Both the position numbers and the translations under genes were made by a program. Shown in pieces: positions 58,651 through 64,000 of a stretch of 64,000 bases of DNA. Each line of letters begins with the position of its first letter. Within the stretch, counting starts at the first letter, position 1. Source of the stretch: Patescibacteria group bacterium (GTDB taxonomy: Bacteria; Patescibacteriota; Patescibacteriia; UM-FILTER-42-10); the NCBI GenBank assembly GCA_041664365.1, contig JBAYKW010000007.1, positions 434 through 64,433 on the forward strand. The letters run 5' to 3'. The notes beneath the pieces were generated by a model. The model searched no databases and was not told where the DNA came from. It saw nothing but the letters and a program-made list of their open reading frames with translations.

Positions 58651-59754
58651 TTATTCTCTTATGAGACCATGTTTCTCTTTAAGAAACATTAGGTTGCTGG
58701 TTGATTTGCCTCTAACCTCTGTCAAAAAATTAACTAAATTTTCCGGTGAGGAATTAATTACGCGATCCGGAAAAACTCCCAAAGATTCCAATTTTTTTAA
58801 TACTTTGACCAGTCGGACAATTATTCTGACACCCGGCCCGCTAGTCATCCGTTCGATCCGGTATTTGTTCAGAATTTCAATATCTCCATCGTTTGCATCA
58901 CCCGCTGCCCATTTCTTTTTCTCGCCGGTAACTTCTTTGCCACCTGATTTATACTGGTTGAAATCATGGGCATCTAGATCTAAACTGAAACGTACCCCAC
59001 TGTTTGCCGCCATTTCGAGCAGTTTGCGGGAAGGTTGGCAGTTTAAATTTATTTCAAATGCTTTATTTTGAGCTACCATTTCATCCAAGATTTCCTGCCA
59101 AACACTCCAGTATTCCTCCCAGTACTCCGGTGATTTTTCTTTGTCTTTTCTGGTGTAACGGTCAGGATGACCGATAACATCCACATGGCCGTTTCTAACA
59201 GTGGCTAGTAGTGACTCCTTGATAGCAGATGGTTCTTTTTCGTTGGCAATAACATGACGTGAAGCAACTACTAAATCCAGCTTGGCCAAAATCTCATCCG
59301 GAACATCCACGATTGCCTTTCCATTATCATCAAACATGATATTGGCCTCAACGCTGGAGAAGGCGATGATATCAAAGTTTCCTTCCCGGTTAATCTCTTC
59401 AATTTCTTTCGCGCCAGATACTAGTGATTGGGATATTGGATCTGCGGGTGAAAGTTTTTCGGGATTGCGTGGGTTGGAAGAGTGTTCGGAAAAAGCGACA
59501 AACCGAAGTCCGATTCTCTGGTAGTATTTCATAATTTCTTGTGGGTGGTACAATCCCTCGTAATCGCCGGTTTCTTCCCGAGTGCTTTTTGTCGAATGGG
59601 AGTGGGCATCGCCCTGCCACCACTTACTGATATATTTAGTTAATTCCCTCTGCTCACCAGCTTCGCTTTCTTTTGGTGGCAACCCCGCCTGATCACGTTT
59701 TTTACGCGCTTCCTCCTGCGGATCAATATAGGGTATCGATGGTAGTTCTCTCAT
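58651..59754 (-). CDS. PHP-domain protein (PolX/YcdX-like)
   Basis: DAHSHS, SEH, VEANI, GHP, FEIN, DAH. Confidence 0.82.
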   Translation of the reverse strand: MRELPSIPYIDPQEEARKKRDQAGLPPKESEAGEQRELTKYISKWWQGDAHSHSTKSTREETGDYEGLYHPQEIMKYYQRIGLRFVAFSEHSSNPRNPEKLSPADPISQSLVSGAKEIEEINREGNFDIIAFSSVEANIMFDDNGKAIVDVPDEILAKLDLVVASRHVIANEKEPSAIKESLLATVRNGHVDVIGHPDRYTRKDKEKSPEYWEEYWSVWQEILDEMVAQNKAFEINLNCQPSRKLLEMAANSGVRFSLDLDAHDFNQYKSGGKEVTGEKKKWAAGDANDGDIEILNKYRIERMTSGPGVRIIVRLVKVLKKLESLGVFPDRVINSSPENLVNFLTEVRGKSTSNLMFLKEKHGLIRE

Positions 59755-60620
59755 AGATATTTTTTTAAATTATCATAAATAGTATAAGGCATTTTCATAT
59801 AGTCCTGCATACTGTTAACGATATTCCCTCTGGATCTGGTTTCACTGTGGAAATCCGATCCGCCGGTCATCAGCAAGCTGTGTTTTTTGGCAAAGTATTG
59901 ATAATGTTCTACCTGATGCCAGTTATGATAAGGGGAGATTGCTTCAATGCCAGACAGCCCCTCTTCTTTCAGTTCCAGAATTATCGTATCTTCTTCCCAG
60001 GTCAGTTTGTGTCCCGGGTGAGCCAGAACGGCTAATCCGCCGGCATTTTTTACCAGACTAATTGCGTCTGGAGTAAGTAAGCTGGTATGTATGATCGGGC
60101 AGAAGGATCTTTTAGAAAAATATTTATTAATAATTTCGAACAGGTCAGGGTCTGGTTTCCCGCAGTCTTTCCGGATTAACTCTTTGTTTTCCGGAAAACT
60201 GGAGAGCATGGCAATAATCTCCGCCACGCTCAGATATTTCGTGATCAGTGAATCAATTTTTCCCCTATCAACGGTAAACCCGTATTCTTCCAGGCGGTCG
60301 AGTGCTTTCCTAATATTCGCCAAATGTTGTTGTTGTAGTGTATTGAGCGTTCTGTTTAACTCTTGATTATCAAGATCAAAACCATAGCCCAGTAAATGCA
60401 ATCCTTTACCTTTATAGTCGGTATATATTTCTACTCCTGGTACAACCGCAACCCCTTTTTGCTTTCCAATCGTCATGATTTCTTTAACCCCGAAGATTGT
60501 GTTGTGGTCAGTCAGTGAAATCGCCATAATATTCCTCTCAACAACCCGATTGACCAATTCGTCACAACTTAAATCGCCTCCGGAGTAATGAGAATGAAAA
60601 TGCAGGTCGCAATATTTCAT
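59751..60620 (-). CDS. PHP-domain phosphoesterase (TrpH/YciV-like)
   Basis: DLHFHS, TDHNT, GVEI, HLLGY, LAHP, GGSDFH. Confidence 0.9.
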   Translation of the reverse strand: MKYCDLHFHSHYSGGDLSCDELVNRVVERNIMAISLTDHNTIFGVKEIMTIGKQKGVAVVPGVEIYTDYKGKGLHLLGYGFDLDNQELNRTLNTLQQQHLANIRKALDRLEEYGFTVDRGKIDSLITKYLSVAEIIAMLSSFPENKELIRKDCGKPDPDLFEIINKYFSKRSFCPIIHTSLLTPDAISLVKNAGGLAVLAHPGHKLTWEEDTIILELKEEGLSGIEAISPYHNWHQVEHYQYFAKKHSLLMTGGSDFHSETRSRGNIVNSMQDYMKMPYTIYDNLKKYL

Positions 60621-60631
60621 TTGCTTCTTGG

Positions 60632-61660
60632 TTATAAATTAAGCAGTCGCTTTGCTTCCGGGAATGTGTGGTCAATAATTGTTCTTTGGACAGCCGCTCT
60701 GTTTTTTTTGGTATCAACTAAAATAGAAACGCAGAACGCGGTAATCTGCATTACCCACCAGACTTTCCATAGATCTATCTGCTCTTTGGCCGCTTTGGTA
60801 TCTTGGTTGGTTTTTTTGAGATAATTTTTCAGAAATATATCGTGCAGTTTGTGGATAGTTTTTAATGAAGCTCTTTTCTGCCAGCCTAAAAGTTCCATCT
60901 GGACAAAATAGTTGGCGATATCACAGAATGGATCAAACTTCCAGGCGTTGCCGAAATCAATCACGCCGACATTATCCCCGTTAAATACAATATTATTGGA
61001 ATTCAAATCGCCATGGATTAAGCAGTGCCGGTTTGGTTGGTAATATTTTTTATATCTTTTCAGGAATGTCTCGAGGTATAATTTTCCTTCCGCTTCTAAC
61101 TCCGGAGAAAATTTCTTATAATCGTTGACAAAGAATCCTACCTCATCCTGGATCCGTTTTAGAGTTTTTGTTCTGCCGTTTTTGATTTTTAGATTATGGA
61201 ATTTGGCCACCCAGTTGGATGCGAGTAGCGCCTGTTTTTCCAAACCCGGCTTGCCGTCCAGAATCAAATCAGTGAAAATCTTACCCGGGTATTCTTCGTA
61301 AACCAGCATCCGCCATTTGGGGTAATTACCAAGCGGGCGTGTGATTTGATATCTGCCGCTGTCGAAACCCCTACTGTAGATTGCCTGCATCGCCTGGTCG
61401 GAATTTTTTATTTCCCAGGCCTGGTGAGCGCTCGGAACATTTGCCCTGATAATTCTTTGTTCTGTTTTGCCATCCGGATATTCTAGTTTCAAAGTATAGC
61501 GAACGGATTTTTTAAATTTGTAAGGACTTTGATCTTTCAATTCAAAACCGACCAGCTTCGCCCCCTTATAGAATTTTGGGATGATGGTTTCTTTAAAGAA
61601 TTTTTCCATGATGCGGATGCTGACTGCGTGGCGGAGAATTGAACGATCTTCTTTTTTCAT
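60632..61660 (-). CDS. Aminoglycoside-phosphotransferase-like kinase
   Basis: IHGDLNSNNI and VIDFG motifs. Confidence 0.82.
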   Translation of the reverse strand: MKKEDRSILRHAVSIRIMEKFFKETIIPKFYKGAKLVGFELKDQSPYKFKKSVRYTLKLEYPDGKTEQRIIRANVPSAHQAWEIKNSDQAMQAIYSRGFDSGRYQITRPLGNYPKWRMLVYEEYPGKIFTDLILDGKPGLEKQALLASNWVAKFHNLKIKNGRTKTLKRIQDEVGFFVNDYKKFSPELEAEGKLYLETFLKRYKKYYQPNRHCLIHGDLNSNNIVFNGDNVGVIDFGNAWKFDPFCDIANYFVQMELLGWQKRASLKTIHKLHDIFLKNYLKKTNQDTKAAKEQIDLWKVWWVMQITAFCVSILVDTKKNRAAVQRTIIDHTFPEAKRLLNL

Positions 61661-61670
61661 AGTTCCTGTT

Positions 61671-63050
61671 TTATTTTTTAGTTAGTTCGCTTTCTTTTTC
61701 TTTCAATTCGGTAACGCGATCCCGAATTTGCGCCGCCCGCTCATATTCCTGTGATTTAGCCGCGGTGAGCATCTGGTTTTCCAGGTTGCCGACGATCTTA
61801 TCAAATTCCTCCTGCGGGATGTATGGCATTTCCGCGGTGATCCTCTGGGTGACATCTTCGTCCGCGAGTTTGCTCAACTCTTCTACCTTCCCGGTACGCT
61901 GCCATTCAAATGACTCTTGGATGATGTTTAAATACAGATCGCGTGCTTTGTCTTTTTTCTTCTGATCAATCGGCAAGGTCTGCAGGATATCTTTAAACTC
62001 TTTGGCACCGACCTCGATCATTTCAATACTCCACCAAGGTTGTGCGGAAGCCCACCAGTATTGGTCGGAATGCACAGCTTTATCCAAAGCGTTTCTTGCT
62101 TTTTCATACACCGGTGAACCCTGGTCCATGCCGTTTACTTCCTCAATCGCCATATTGGTCAATTCCCATTGCCAGGTATGGATCTGATTATCATCGCTCT
62201 TCCAGCGGGAATATGGAGTATTGCGTTCGATATCTTTTTTCATCAATGCCCAGCTGGAATCGAGCGGTTGCACCTCCGCCTTTTTGGTAAAAAACTGATC
62301 AACATCCGACAGGAAAACGCTTTCCAGCTCTTTGGTCTTGTATAGATCAAAGAGCAGATCTTCGAGTCCCGGTCGATGGTGACCGAAGGTTTCACCGTCC
62401 ATGGCGGTAATTAAATACTCTTTTTTGTTTACCCGGTCGCCCAGCAGTTTAACCAACATGTCGCTGGAAAAAACACTCATGCCGATTTCAGCGGACAAAA
62501 TCCGGAAACTGGTTTCCCGATCGCGGAAATAAACATTCAGATTATTATTGCCTTTAAGCTGATAAATTGTATCCGGCTTGATGGCGCCAGTAGTTCCGTT
62601 GAATGCCAATTCATCTAAAATGATCCATTTATATCCCAGTTTGGAAGCGATGTCACCAACCTTTTTGGCATAACCCATTTCCGTCGGGAAAAAGCCTTTC
62701 GGTTGGTAAGATTTACCGAAATACTTTTTATTGGTTTCGTGATTCAGTTTAATCTGCCGTTCTATTTCTTTTTCCGGCATTAATGGGAGAAAAGCATGAT
62801 ACTTGGCGGAGTCGGTAAAATCAATCTGCCCTCTTTCCGATAGCATTTTCAAATCGGCAACTACATCCATACATCCGTCCCTTTCGAACAACTCAACCAG
62901 CGCTGCGTTAATATTCAGCGTCACTTTTGCTTTGGGGTCCGCTTTCAAACCCTTAGTCAGGCGCCTATAACTTTCATTGGCGATTTTCTTAACCCAGTAA
63001 GATTTCTGGGTCGGCGGTTGGTAGATGTGTAAAAAATTTATCCAATACAT
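61671..63050 (-). CDS. GH57-family glycoside hydrolase with C-terminal UVR coiled coil
   Basis: HIYQP, ESY, HAFLP, PTEM, DGETFGHH, SDQYWW; MLTAAKSQEYERAAQIRD. Confidence 0.88.
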   Translation of the reverse strand: MYWINFLHIYQPPTQKSYWVKKIANESYRRLTKGLKADPKAKVTLNINAALVELFERDGCMDVVADLKMLSERGQIDFTDSAKYHAFLPLMPEKEIERQIKLNHETNKKYFGKSYQPKGFFPTEMGYAKKVGDIASKLGYKWIILDELAFNGTTGAIKPDTIYQLKGNNNLNVYFRDRETSFRILSAEIGMSVFSSDMLVKLLGDRVNKKEYLITAMDGETFGHHRPGLEDLLFDLYKTKELESVFLSDVDQFFTKKAEVQPLDSSWALMKKDIERNTPYSRWKSDDNQIHTWQWELTNMAIEEVNGMDQGSPVYEKARNALDKAVHSDQYWWASAQPWWSIEMIEVGAKEFKDILQTLPIDQKKKDKARDLYLNIIQESFEWQRTGKVEELSKLADEDVTQRITAEMPYIPQEEFDKIVGNLENQMLTAAKSQEYERAAQIRDRVTELKEKESELTKK

Positions 63051-63060
63051 TTTTTTTCGT

Positions 63061-64000
63061 TTAAGTTTCTTTTTTCCCAGCCATGTAAGGCTTATAATTA
63101 TAGCCTGCTAAAAACATCTTCTTTTCTTTTTTAGCACGGCCGGAATATTGCCACTGATGGGCTAGTTTTTTAATTTGCTCGGAAAGCAGTCTGGCATTTT
63201 TTAATTTACTGATCGGAGGATTTTTCAGTGTATTAATTAAATCCATTAATCTATTAGCTCCTTCTTCGATTATTTCTACGCTCCACCACGGATGGGCCGA
63301 TGCCCACCAGAAGAAATCACTGCTCATACTCCTGTCCAATAATTTACGAGCTGAATCAAAATTTTTATCCTTGGTTGATTCTTTGACCGTGGCAAGTACC
63401 AGGTCAAAGAGTTGCCATTGTAATTTGTGGATCGGATTTTTCGGATGATCCCACAGTTCAAAAGCAATCCCGTTTTTCAACTCCTTTTCAGAGGATGCCC
63501 AGCTGGAAGCGATGGGAGTGATGGATTTGAAAGAGCTGTATTGTTTTAAAGCATCGGAGTATGTCTCTGTCTGGATTTTTTTATCCAAGGTCAGTTCTTT
63601 AAATACCTTTTCCATCCCTGGTCGGTGGTGCCCGAGTGTTTCCCCATCAAAAGCAGTAAATAGTGGTTCTCCTGTGCAGCAGGTTTTTCTAAATTCCCTC
63701 TTTGTTTCCGCTTGCGGTTTAACAGTAAATAGGTCGGACATGTTGTGATTGCGAAATGCTACTTTCAGCGGGGTTCCTTCTATGTGGTATCCGTTTTTCC
63801 AGTTAACTAGCCCTCTCTTTTTTTGGTAGGCAATCTCATCCAGCGCAATCCAGGAAAATTTTTCTTTTACCAGTGCTTTAGCGACTTTATCGCTATAGCA
63901 CATTTCCGGCGGGAAGAACCCGGATGGTTGGTACGACTTACCAAAATATTTGGTATTAACTTTGGTATTAAGTTGAATCTGGCGCTGTATTTCTGAAATG
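63061..64000 (-). CDS. Second GH57-family protein, 5' end outside window
   Basis: Frame is open beyond 63903 (EIQRQIQLN...GFFPPEM); DGETLGHH, SDFFWW. Confidence 0.88.
   Translation of the reverse strand, partial: ISEIQRQIQLNTKVNTKYFGKSYQPSGFFPPEMCYSDKVAKALVKEKFSWIALDEIAYQKKRGLVNWKNGYHIEGTPLKVAFRNHNMSDLFTVKPQAETKREFRKTCCTGEPLFTAFDGETLGHHRPGMEKVFKELTLDKKIQTETYSDALKQYSSFKSITPIASSWASSEKELKNGIAFELWDHPKNPIHKLQWQLFDLVLATVKESTKDKNFDSARKLLDRSMSSDFFWWASAHPWWSVEIIEEGANRLMDLINTLKNPPISKLKNARLLSEQIKKLAHQWQYSGRAKKEKKMFLAGYNYKPYMAGKKET

Noticed and set aside
1-64000. CRISPR array, rRNA, IS elements, alternative genetic code
   Set aside because: No spaced repeats, rRNA motifs or transposases seen; conserved genes translate fully with the standard code

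Overview
Chromosomal window from a Patescibacteria/CPR-type bacterium (inferred from gene content and AT-rich, Lys-rich genes that mostly lack Shine-Dalgarno sites). It spans the replication origin (yidC-yidD-rnpA-rpmH / dnaA-dnaN-dciA, DnaA boxes, two parS sites) and three tRNAs. It also holds housekeeping genes, a putative lipid-salvage operon, an AbiE toxin-antitoxin pair bounded by an 84-bp direct repeat, and a GH57/GlgA/GalT glycogen cluster. The most striking signal is a second gene class inserted between core genes at five places (about 7.4-8.2, 10.4-14.1, 19.1-19.9, 23.4-24.5 and 31.7-32.1 kb). These 11 small, GC-richer units each have a near-consensus sigma70 promoter (mostly extended -10), usually a 5' hairpin, an intrinsic terminator and, in the coding units, a purine-rich Shine-Dalgarno site. 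Their cargo is CsrA, a divergent PRPP synthetase, an outer-membrane-type porin, a nucleoside deoxyribosyltransferase-like protein, orphan small proteins (two under a variant SAM-I riboswitch) and two unrecognised structured RNAs. One untested hypothesis is that these units are built for expression in, or action on, the host cell. All family calls are by-eye motif recognition; no searches were run and GC values are estimates.
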